Source: Bacillales bacterium (lineage in GTDB: Bacteria; Bacillota_I; Bacilli_A; RFN20; CAG-449). Taken from it: a stretch of DNA of 64,000 nucleotides. The stretch covers positions 9,894 to 73,893 of the forward strand of contig JAQXGN010000037.1 of assembly GCA_029006735.1 (NCBI GenBank), written 5' to 3'. Both the position numbers and the translations under genes were made by a program. This document shows positions 37,256-45,753 of this stretch, in pieces (position 1 is the first letter of the stretch; every line of letters starts with the position of its first letter). Below the pieces are notes generated by a model, which saw nothing but the letters and a program-made list of their open reading frames with translations, was not told the DNA's origin and ran no database searches.

Positions 37256-38887
37256 ATGAAATTGCCACCTATTTTTATTTCTTTAGCAGATCTTTTTGAG
37301 AAAAATGGATTTGATTTATATATGGTTGGAGGAACAACTAGAGATTTTCTTTTAGGAAAAGAATTAGTTGATTTTGATTTTGCTACAAATGCCACTATCG
37401 ATGAAATGAAATGCTTTATGGAAATAAGTGAAAACTTTAAATCAATTGGTAGTATGACTTGTAAATATCAAGGATCAAAGATTGATATTACAACCTTAAG
37501 AAAAGAAAAAGAATACATTGATTATCGTCATCCTAGTATTGTTGAATTTGTTAATGATCCAGAAATTGATAGTGAAAGAAGAGATTTAACGATTAATGCA
37601 TTATATTTAGATAATAAAGGAAATCTATATGATTTTCATGGTGGATTAAATGATTTACATAATCATATTATCAAAATGATAAATGATCCTTTAGTTAGGT
37701 TTAATGAAGATCCATTAAGGTTATTAAGGGTAATCCGCTTTTCACTTATTTTAGATTTTGTTATTGAAGATAGTCTTGAACAAATTATTAAAGAAAATGT
37801 CGGTTTATTGAAAAAAATTAATTATATCAAAAGCCGAGAAGAGATCGATAAAATGATGAAATATAATGAAAATAAGGCAAGGAATTTATTAAGAAAATAT
37901 CATGTTGATCAAGTATTGCCAATCGTATTAAATAGCAAAAATCCATTGAACATTATTGATTTACATTGTGATACATTGACTAGAAATTTAAAAGATGATG
38001 AAAATTTTCTTAACTCTAATCTCCATATTGATTTAAATAAATTATACAAAGGCGAATACTTGTTGCAATGCTTCGCGGTCTTTATTTATTTAAAAGAGGG
38101 AGAATCTAGTTTTAAAAAAGCTAATGAATATATTGATAAATTTGATTATTTAATGAGTGAATATTCTCATTTGATTTCTCCAATTAGATCGTATAAAGAA
38201 TTAATTGATAATAAGTCTAAGGGTAAACTTTCTGCTTTGTTATCATTAGAAGAAGGAGAAATATTAGAAGGAAATATTGATAATATTGATTATTTTTATT
38301 CGCGTGGAGTAAGAATGATGACTTTAACTTGGAATTTTGAGAATTCTTTAGCATATCCCAATGATGTAATGCATAATCAAATTCAAAATGGTGGATTAAA
38401 AGAGTTAGGAATAAAAGCAATAAAGAGAATGAATGAATTAGGTATTATTATTGATGTATCACATTTAAATGATGATGGATTCTACGATGTAATTAAATAT
38501 TCGACTAAACCAATTGTTGCTTCACATAGTAATGCTCGTGAAGTACAAAATCGGGTGAGAAATCTAACTGATGATATGATTTTATTACTTCACAAAAATA
38601 AAGGGGTTATGGGAATTAATTATTGCCCTGATTTTGTTTCTAATAATAAAGGGAATCAAATTAAAGATTTAGTAAAGCATATCAAACATATAAAAGATTT
38701 AGGTTGTATTGATAATATTGCTTTAGGCTCTGACTTTGATGGAATACCAACTCCAAATGGATTAAATGATGCATCTAAATTACCAGAATTAATTAATGAA
38801 TTGAAAAATGCCGGATTTAGTACAAATGAAATTGATAAAATAACACATAAGAATTTCTTAAGAGTATTAAAAAATGTTTGCAAATAG
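37256..38887 (+). CDS. Fusion protein: class-II CCA-adding/poly(A)-polymerase-family nucleotidyltransferase head+neck (aa 1 to about 225) joined to a peptidase-M19 (renal-type) dipeptidase domain (about aa 230 to 543)
   Basis: Nucleotidyltransferase motifs GGTTRDFLLGKELVDFDF, RRDLTINA, and EDPLRLLRVIRF. M19 metal-ligand contexts DLHCDT, DVSH, ASHSNAR, and GSDFDG. It is a single uninterrupted ORF. Confidence 0.8.
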   Translation: MKLPPIFISLADLFEKNGFDLYMVGGTTRDFLLGKELVDFDFATNATIDEMKCFMEISENFKSIGSMTCKYQGSKIDITTLRKEKEYIDYRHPSIVEFVNDPEIDSERRDLTINALYLDNKGNLYDFHGGLNDLHNHIIKMINDPLVRFNEDPLRLLRVIRFSLILDFVIEDSLEQIIKENVGLLKKINYIKSREEIDKMMKYNENKARNLLRKYHVDQVLPIVLNSKNPLNIIDLHCDTLTRNLKDDENFLNSNLHIDLNKLYKGEYLLQCFAVFIYLKEGESSFKKANEYIDKFDYLMSEYSHLISPIRSYKELIDNKSKGKLSALLSLEEGEILEGNIDNIDYFYSRGVRMMTLTWNFENSLAYPNDVMHNQIQNGGLKELGIKAIKRMNELGIIIDVSHLNDDGFYDVIKYSTKPIVASHSNAREVQNRVRNLTDDMILLLHKNKGVMGINYCPDFVSNNKGNQIKDLVKHIKHIKDLGCIDNIALGSDFDGIPTPNGLNDASKLPELINELKNAGFSTNEIDKITHKNFLRVLKNVCK

Positions 38888-38953
38888 AATATTCCTATTT
38901 AAGTTTTTTTAATAAACTTATATAATATTAATCACGAAGCGAAGGTGTAAATT

Positions 38954-39616
38954 ATGAAGAATTTTAAAATCAATCAAATAGATTATCGCTATGTTTTAGT
39001 GGATACATATAAATCATTAAATTTAAATGAGTATGATTTAGCAGTTTTATTAGTTATTGATAATATTTTAAGAGAAGAACCAGTATTAGTAACTGCAGAA
39101 TTACTTGCATTAAAAATGAATATTGATGTTAAAGAATTAGATAATATCCTTGTTAGTTTAGTTAATCGAGGATTTTTAGAATATGTAAGTATAAGTAATA
39201 ATTCTTTATCTTTAGTTACATCTTTAAGACCAACATATAATCGCCTTCAAGAAAATTTTGTTCGTGGTATTGTTACAAGCGTTCATTTAGAGGATTCAAG
39301 AGTAAAAAAAGAAGAAATTTCTAATATTTTTGCCTCTTTTGAAAGAGAAATGAAAAGAACGTTAACTCCAATTGAATTAGAAAAAATCCGTGAGTGGGTA
39401 TCTCAAGGAATAAAAGAAGAAATGATTATTGATTGTTTACGTGAAGTAATGAGTAAATCAAAAAGAGTATCTTTAAGAGCAGTTGATCGCGCGATTATCA
39501 AAAGAATGACATCAAATGATCGAGAAAAAGAAGGGTATTCTGCAATAAATGATAAATGGAAACAAGATATTGAAAACACTATCGATATTGCAAATACAAA
39601 ATGGACAGATGAATAA
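38954..39616 (+). CDS. dnaD: DnaD-domain replication initiation/remodelling protein
   Basis: Winged-helix-like N-terminus and C-terminal DnaD repeat region (LTPIELEKIREWV). dnaD-nth synteny. Confidence 0.7.
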   Translation: MKNFKINQIDYRYVLVDTYKSLNLNEYDLAVLLVIDNILREEPVLVTAELLALKMNIDVKELDNILVSLVNRGFLEYVSISNNSLSLVTSLRPTYNRLQENFVRGIVTSVHLEDSRVKKEEISNIFASFEREMKRTLTPIELEKIREWVSQGIKEEMIIDCLREVMSKSKRVSLRAVDRAIIKRMTSNDREKEGYSAINDKWKQDIENTIDIANTKWTDE

Positions 39617-40244
39617 ATTAGATAGAGTTAAATTAATTTCTTCTTATTTTGATGAGATATTACCCAATGCAAAATGCGAATTAGAGTATTCTAAACCATA
39701 CGAATTAGTTATCGCAGTAATGTTATCAAGTCAAACTACAGATAAGAGTGTAAATAAAGTTACTAGGGTATTATTTTCAAAATATCCAACTTTAAAGATG
39801 CTTGCAAATGCGAAAGTGGAAGATATTTTTGAGATTATTAAAACTTTAGGTTTAGCATCTACTAAAGCAAAGAATGTTAAAGGAATCGCTTTAGAATTAT
39901 TAGAAAAATATAATGGTGAAGTACCACATAATTTTTCATATTTAGTTTCTCTTCCTGGAGTAGGAAGAAAAACTAGTAATGTTATTTTAGCAGAGCTATT
40001 TAATGAGCCAGTAATCGCGGTTGATACGCATGTGGAAAGAGTATCAAAAAGATTATATTTAGCTTCTGAAAAAGATAATGTAATTCAAGTAGAAGATAAA
40101 TTAATGAGAATTTTCCCTCAAGATAAACATGTTCTTACCCATCATCAAATGATCCATTTTGGAAGATATTTTTGTAAGAGTCAAAATCCTAAATGTGCAG
40201 AATGTAGATTAACTTCTATTTGTCGATATTTTAAAAATAAGTAA
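39609..40244 (+). CDS. nth: Endonuclease III
   Basis: HhH-GPD motif LPGVGRKTSNVIL and 4Fe-4S cluster loop CKSQNPKCAECRLTSIC. The ATG at 39609 overlaps the dnaD stop. Confidence 0.9.
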   Translation: MNKLDRVKLISSYFDEILPNAKCELEYSKPYELVIAVMLSSQTTDKSVNKVTRVLFSKYPTLKMLANAKVEDIFEIIKTLGLASTKAKNVKGIALELLEKYNGEVPHNFSYLVSLPGVGRKTSNVILAELFNEPVIAVDTHVERVSKRLYLASEKDNVIQVEDKLMRIFPQDKHVLTHHQMIHFGRYFCKSQNPKCAECRLTSICRYFKNK

Positions 40245-42558
40245 ATATTAAATCGTATGAATCACCTTTTAATGAGTAGTTTTCTTTAAAGGTTTCTACG
40301 ATTTTTATTTCGTATATACCTGGGTGGGGCAAATTGCATTCGACTTCATTTGATTCAATAAATAATTCTTGAAAATAGTCTTCATTAGAAATTGTAATTA
40401 AATATCCCTTATTTCCATAAAAATTAGAGTATATATTATCTTCTTTTATAGTATCTAATATGGAAATATAAATTGAGTTTTCCATTTGATAAACATTAAC
40501 ATTATTGATTGGATTCAATATGGGATAAGGTAATACTTCATTAGGTATATCTTCTTTTTTATAATAGGCAAAACTTATGTATTTGCTTGGAGTGTATTCA
40601 TTAGGAAGATAAGCTTTTTCTTGATGTTTTACAACAAAAACTTTGGTAAGATTTTCGGAAATATTAAAGTGTTCATTTTTATTAGAAACATAAGAAATAA
40701 TTAAATTAAATAATCTTTTTGCGATTTTTTTTGTTTCGTCTTTATTAGCAAAATAAGTATGTTTATTTTTTATTGGTTTATCAAATCCAGTCCATATGGA
40801 TACAGTATTTGAAGAAGAGTATCCACTAAACCAGATATCTTTATCAGCGTTATTAGGGAAATTGTATTTTTTTATGGTATTTATATCATATCCACCAGTT
40901 CCTGTTTTTCCAGCGATTATTATATTATTTGGTTTGGCTATTCCAATATTGTAATAATTTCCATCAATCATTCTTTCTAATGAAGAAGTGATGATATCTG
41001 CGCTTTCATTGGAAATGACTCTTTTTTCTTCATCAGTATTTTCATAAAGTATTTTATTTGTTTCTATATCAATAATTCTTTTAATAGTTGTTGGAGTATA
41101 GTATTTACCATGGTTTCTTAACATAGAGTATGCTCCAGCAATGTTTATTGGATTAGTTCCATAAGTCATTCCTCCAATTGCATAGGAATAACTAAATGGA
41201 CCTTCATCCATAATATTTAAATCTTCTAAATAAGAGATTACTTTTTCTTTTCCAATTTTTTTTACTACTTGTTCTAATACTTTAATTGCACAAGTGTTTC
41301 TGGAATATCCAAGAGCTTCTATTAGGGATAATTTACCTAAGTATTGATGATCAACGTTATTAATATTTAGCGATGTTCCTGGATAGTAGTAAGGTTCATC
41401 AATTAATGTGGTCATTTCGTTATAATGTAAATATTCAACTCCTAAGGCGTAAGAATAAATTGGTTTAATGATTGAAGCAGGATTTGTTTTCATGTCATAG
41501 CTATGATTAAATAGTTTTTTACCATGATAATTTCTTCCACCAATTATCCCTGAAATATGGCCTTTTTCTTTAATAACTGCAGCCCCTATTTGCATATTAT
41601 CATTATTAAAGGTGATAATATCTCCTTCTTGAATTCTATCAAGATAAGACTGTAATGAAGTATCTAGATAAGTTTCAATTTTAACAGGATAAGAAAAAAT
41701 ATCATAGTTTAATATTTTACTAGCTTCTTTATAGACAACATCTAAATAAGCTTGATATTTTGTTGCTTCAAAATTATTGCTATTTTTATTAAGTAAAGAA
41801 TTTACTTCGATAGATGATGCTAAATTGTATTCGTTTTGTGATATTACTTGATGGGTTAACATAGCCTTTAGAACGATATTTTTTCTTTTTTCTAGATTAT
41901 CGATATGCTTATAAGGATCATATTGGCTAGGTGATTTTACTAATGATACTAAGGCGCATATTTCAACTAGATTTAGCTCTTGTACATTTTTATCAAAAAA
42001 TTTTTTAGCAGCATAACAGATTCCGGGAACACTTTTTTCAAAATATACACGATTGAAATAATGTTCTAGAATCTCTTCTTTCGTTAATTCTTTTTCTAAT
42101 TTTAAAGAAAGATACGCTTCTTTAATTTTTCTTTGATAACTTTTTTCATTCGTTAAAAAAAGATTTTTAATCAATTGTTGAGTAATAGTTGAACCTCCTT
42201 GAATGGAATTATGAGGGTTAATATTATTTATTAAAGAGATAATAACTCTTTTTGGATTAATTCCTTTATGGTAATAAAATTCTGCATCTTCAATTGATAA
42301 TAACGCATCAATAAGGAGTGGAGGAAGATCTTCATATTTTATGTAATAATCTTCATCGTTTCCTAAAGTTTCAATTACATTATTGGAGGAATCATATATT
42401 TTTGAATATTTTGGTGAAACAATAGATTCAATAACTGGATCATTTAAATTATTGATAGTGATAAGAAAAAACGTTCCTAGTCCAATAAAAACTAAAAACG
42501 TGAAAATACAAATAAGAGAAATAAACTTGGTTATAAATTTAAAAATATTATTTTTCAT
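40231..42558 (-). CDS. ponA: Bifunctional class A penicillin-binding protein (PBP1)
   Basis: GT51 motifs EDAEFYYHKGIN and GGSTITQQLIKN. Transpeptidase motifs SIIK, SRN, and KTGT. ponA-recU synteny. The C-terminal 120 aa or so is extra and uncharacterised. Confidence 0.9.
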   Translation of the reverse strand: MKNNIFKFITKFISLICIFTFLVFIGLGTFFLITINNLNDPVIESIVSPKYSKIYDSSNNVIETLGNDEDYYIKYEDLPPLLIDALLSIEDAEFYYHKGINPKRVIISLINNINPHNSIQGGSTITQQLIKNLFLTNEKSYQRKIKEAYLSLKLEKELTKEEILEHYFNRVYFEKSVPGICYAAKKFFDKNVQELNLVEICALVSLVKSPSQYDPYKHIDNLEKRKNIVLKAMLTHQVISQNEYNLASSIEVNSLLNKNSNNFEATKYQAYLDVVYKEASKILNYDIFSYPVKIETYLDTSLQSYLDRIQEGDIITFNNDNMQIGAAVIKEKGHISGIIGGRNYHGKKLFNHSYDMKTNPASIIKPIYSYALGVEYLHYNEMTTLIDEPYYYPGTSLNINNVDHQYLGKLSLIEALGYSRNTCAIKVLEQVVKKIGKEKVISYLEDLNIMDEGPFSYSYAIGGMTYGTNPINIAGAYSMLRNHGKYYTPTTIKRIIDIETNKILYENTDEEKRVISNESADIITSSLERMIDGNYYNIGIAKPNNIIIAGKTGTGGYDINTIKKYNFPNNADKDIWFSGYSSSNTVSIWTGFDKPIKNKHTYFANKDETKKIAKRLFNLIISYVSNKNEHFNISENLTKVFVVKHQEKAYLPNEYTPSKYISFAYYKKEDIPNEVLPYPILNPINNVNVYQMENSIYISILDTIKEDNIYSNFYGNKGYLITISNEDYFQELFIESNEVECNLPHPGIYEIKIVETFKENYSLKGDSYDLIFTYF

Positions 42559-43150
42559 GGAAATATACCTTGTCAATAACATCTAAAAAATTTAGACGGG
42601 GAATAAACCCTTGTTCAACAAAGTATCCATATTTTTTTACATCTTGATAAGTGATGGATTTTCTTTCTTTTAATTCATATCTATCTATTACTTGCTGAGC
42701 GTCTAGAATATAGACTTCATCTAATGCTTTAAAATAGATCATAAAGAAAGCTATACCACCATGGAGTAATACTTTTTTTAAATGCTTTATTTGGTGAAGA
42801 GGAATATTGTTGAAGGATAAAGATGTTTTTGATAATGTTTCTTTACATTCAAAATCTATGTATTTTCCTCTATATACACCATTGTAATCAGTGTTGGATT
42901 GCTTTTCGAAGTATGCTTCTAGTATCTTTCCTTTTTTATAATCGGTTTTAATGATTTTAATTGGAGTAGGGCGCTTGGTTATAATCGCTCTAAGATTATC
43001 ATCATAATAGGAACAAGATAAAGATACTGCATGCTCAAAATCCATTCCACGATTAGCAGCATTTATTGCTTCTTTTTTTGAAGTTTTTTGCTCGTTCATG
43101 GATACTTGTTTTGACGAATCGATTTTTTTCTTATTTGGATAATTAATCAT
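42548..43150 (-). CDS. recU: Holliday junction resolvase RecU
   Basis: The N-terminus MINYPN...NRGM resembles B. subtilis RecU. It sits immediately upstream of ponA, overlapping by 11 nt. Confidence 0.88.
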   Translation of the reverse strand: MINYPNKKKIDSSKQVSMNEQKTSKKEAINAANRGMDFEHAVSLSCSYYDDNLRAIITKRPTPIKIIKTDYKKGKILEAYFEKQSNTDYNGVYRGKYIDFECKETLSKTSLSFNNIPLHQIKHLKKVLLHGGIAFFMIYFKALDEVYILDAQQVIDRYELKERKSITYQDVKKYGYFVEQGFIPRLNFLDVIDKVYFHEK

Positions 43151-43194
43151 TTCGTTAACAAGGGTATAGTTACTATGCCCATCTCCTTTATTTT

Positions 43195-43917
43195 TTATGC
43201 TAAATATTTTTTACATTCTTCAATAAAAATATCATTTGTAATGGTATTTCCTTCAATTAAACTAGTGATAATGTTTTTAATTGGTTGAGGAAATAGTTTT
43301 TGTTTTTGCAATACTTTTAAATATTCATTGAGTAAGATATCTTTTTGTGTAGTAAAAGCAATATATAGATTCATTAAATCCCAAGCATCGTTTAATGGAT
43401 CATGAGGAGTACCATGTGGCTCTTGATTGAATACTTTTAAATAATTGATTAATGAATAATTATTTCCATTATCATCTTTAACGTATTGAGAAATAATCAT
43501 TAAAAAATCAACGCAGTTTTTAACAATAGAATAGCCAATTGGAGAATTATTAGGTTTTGAATAAGTAATTGAATCTAATATCATCTTTGCATCATTAGAA
43601 CCAAAAACTAAAAACACACAATCATCAAATTGGGCATCGATAAATTGTTTAAAACTATTTAAAGTATCTTCAAAAGAAAATCCTTTTTCTTTTAAGTCTA
43701 CTTCATGAATTTGTGTCATATTTTCAACAAATCTACCGATTGAACCTAATGGTTTAACATATTGTTTAAAAGAATCTATGAAAGTAATGGAACCATCTTT
43801 TTTTAATTGACATTTTGTCGCGCCTAGAGCGATGATTTCATGAGAAAATTGTGTTCCTTCTAAATCGAGAAATACAAGGTATTTTTTATTTTTAATGATT
43901 TTTTTTATTGCGTCCAT
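43195..43917 (-). CDS. DEDDh 3'-5' exonuclease (KapD/ERI-1-like)
   Basis: Exo motifs FLDLEGT (D, E), GSNDAKM (D), and HDPLNDA (H, D), followed by a C-terminal extension of about 55 aa. Confidence 0.7.
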   Translation of the reverse strand: MDAIKKIIKNKKYLVFLDLEGTQFSHEIIALGATKCQLKKDGSITFIDSFKQYVKPLGSIGRFVENMTQIHEVDLKEKGFSFEDTLNSFKQFIDAQFDDCVFLVFGSNDAKMILDSITYSKPNNSPIGYSIVKNCVDFLMIISQYVKDDNGNNYSLINYLKVFNQEPHGTPHDPLNDAWDLMNLYIAFTTQKDILLNEYLKVLQKQKLFPQPIKNIITSLIEGNTITNDIFIEECKKYLA

Positions 43918-44038
43918 TATTTTCTCCTAGTCGTTAATAGTATAAGTCATTATTAAAAAAAAATAAATGAAAACATTTATTGTTTATGCTGCATATAAAT
44001 AAATGAACAATATTTTTTGTTCGTGAGAAAGGTGAAAT

Positions 44039-44506
44039 ATGATTTATCAAAACGGATGTGGGTGTTGTAATAACACTCCTATGTGTATCCCTTCTAACCT
44101 TGATTGTGGTATTAATGTGACGTTAACTGCTTCTGATTACGTTGCAAGAGTGTGTAATACAATAACTTACACAGTTACAGTTACAAATAATTCAGCTGAA
44201 ACTATGACAGATGCAATATTAACATTACCTATTGCAAATGTTTTAGCTCTTTTACCAAATACAATTACTGTCAATGGCGCACCATATGAAGATACTACTT
44301 TAAATCACGTTGCTTTGGGAACAATTAATCCAAATGAAACTGTGACTGTCACATATCAAACAACTATTATGACATGTCAAAGATTTATTAAGCATCGTGC
44401 TAAAGTGGTGTTTGGATGCTGTCAATGCTTTACCAAGAAGATGATTTGTGTCTTATCCAATGAAAACACAGTTCAAGTATGTTGCTGTTGCGGGAATAAT
44501 AACTAA
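44039..44506 (+). CDS. Cysteine-rich (15 of 155 residues) protein with a DUF11-like beta-sandwich core; no signal peptide
   Basis: AAAGGTGA precedes the ATG. Cys at positions 7, 9, 10, 16, 23, 39 and 113, 127, 128, 130, 137, 148-151. The core NTITYTVTVTNNS...LGTINPNETVTVTYQT resembles the DUF11/TIGR01451 repeat. It has its own terminator. Confidence 0.75.
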   Translation: MIYQNGCGCCNNTPMCIPSNLDCGINVTLTASDYVARVCNTITYTVTVTNNSAETMTDAILTLPIANVLALLPNTITVNGAPYEDTTLNHVALGTINPNETVTVTYQTTIMTCQRFIKHRAKVVFGCCQCFTKKMICVLSNENTVQVCCCCGNNN

Positions 44507-44518
44507 ATGAAGCAAAAT

Positions 44519-44541
44519 GGAGAGTAATACTCTCCTTTTTC
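44519..44541 (+). terminator. Intrinsic terminator after the Cys-rich gene
   Basis: Stem ggagag / ctctcc with loop taata, followed by T5. Confidence 0.7.
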
Positions 44542-44600
44542 TTTATTGACATAAATTGTGGTAAAGTGTTATTTTAAAAATATAAAAAAGGGAGTATTTT

Positions 44601-45722
44601 ATGAAAAAAGCATTTGCAATAATAGGCAATATTATTTGGATTGTCTTTGGGGGATTAATCTGGAGTATCGTTTTAGATATTTTTGGTGTTGTTTTAATGA
44701 TTAGTTTAATTGGAATTCCTTGTGGGTTACAATTGTTTAAAATGTCAGGTTTTGTTCTTTGGCCATTTGGGAAAGTAGTCAAAACAACAAAGACTAATGG
44801 ATTTAAAATTTTCTTAAATGTTTTGTGGGCGATATTCTTTGGTTGGGAATTTGCATTAAGTTTTGCTATTACGGGTTGTGTATTTTTTATCACAATTATT
44901 GGTATTCCATTTAGTAAAATTTATTTCCGTTTAGCTTCATTTATTATTTTCCCATTAGGTAGATCTTTTGCAAAAAAAGATGCTTCTAATAAAGTAGCAG
45001 AATCTAAAGAAAAAACAAACAGTCAAGGTGATGCTGCATTAATTGAATCAAAAGATAATAGTAGTGATTATGCAAACTGTTCTATTGAAGAATTCTGCAA
45101 AAAACTTGATGAAAAATATGATAGCTTATTAATTGAAAAATTGCGTTCAAGTAAGGAAAAATTGGATTTAGGATTGATTAAAGAAGAGGAGTATAACTTA
45201 GAAAGAGAAAAGGTAAAAAACGAATTTTATGAGAAAAAAGATGAAGAATATAAATCGTTTATTAATAATGTTTATCTCGATACAGTTAATCAATTAAAGG
45301 ATATTTTTGATAATCCTAAGAAGTATGATGAAAATAGAGTCTCTTTCCTTTTAAATAAATTAAAAGAATTAACATCCTATTGTGAAACAATTAATGATGA
45401 TTTAGTTTTATTTAAAGATATGAAAGATAATTACTCTGAATTACAAAGATATAAAGAAATACAAAAAAATATAGAAAAAGCTTTATCGAAGGGATATTCC
45501 GTTATGGAAAAAAGTCAATTTGATAATTTAATTAATGAATTGGCAAAAGGAAATGAAAAATTTGATTTTTCTAATTGTATAGAAGAATACAAAGCAAGAT
45601 ATGCTTTGATGGAAGAAAAAGTTAAAAAGAATAAAAAGCAAATAATTATTATTGCTAGTGTAGTTGGTGGAGTTTTAATCACTGCGGGTGTAGTAATAGT
45701 TTTATTAGCATTATTTTTGTAA
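44601..45722 (+). CDS. YccF (DUF307) membrane domain fused to a long coiled-coil region and a C-terminal TM anchor
   Basis: Two YccF-type repeats (GNIIWIVFGG...IGIPCGLQLFKMSGFVLWPFGK and LNVLWAIFFGW...IGIPFSKIYFRLASFIIFPLGR). About 215 aa of Lys/Glu-rich sequence follows, then the terminal helix IIIIASVVGGVLITAGVVIVLLALFL. Confidence 0.7.
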   Translation: MKKAFAIIGNIIWIVFGGLIWSIVLDIFGVVLMISLIGIPCGLQLFKMSGFVLWPFGKVVKTTKTNGFKIFLNVLWAIFFGWEFALSFAITGCVFFITIIGIPFSKIYFRLASFIIFPLGRSFAKKDASNKVAESKEKTNSQGDAALIESKDNSSDYANCSIEEFCKKLDEKYDSLLIEKLRSSKEKLDLGLIKEEEYNLEREKVKNEFYEKKDEEYKSFINNVYLDTVNQLKDIFDNPKKYDENRVSFLLNKLKELTSYCETINDDLVLFKDMKDNYSELQRYKEIQKNIEKALSKGYSVMEKSQFDNLINELAKGNEKFDFSNCIEEYKARYALMEEKVKKNKKQIIIIASVVGGVLITAGVVIVLLALFL

Positions 45723-45753
45723 TTATAATATTTTTTTATGGAGGATTTATCAT

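Noticed and set aside
44543-44893. 116-aa minus-strand ORF
   Set aside because: It is antisense to the YccF-domain gene, whose duplicated DUF307 pattern is convincing. There is no SD and the composition is Ile/Lys/Pro-rich.
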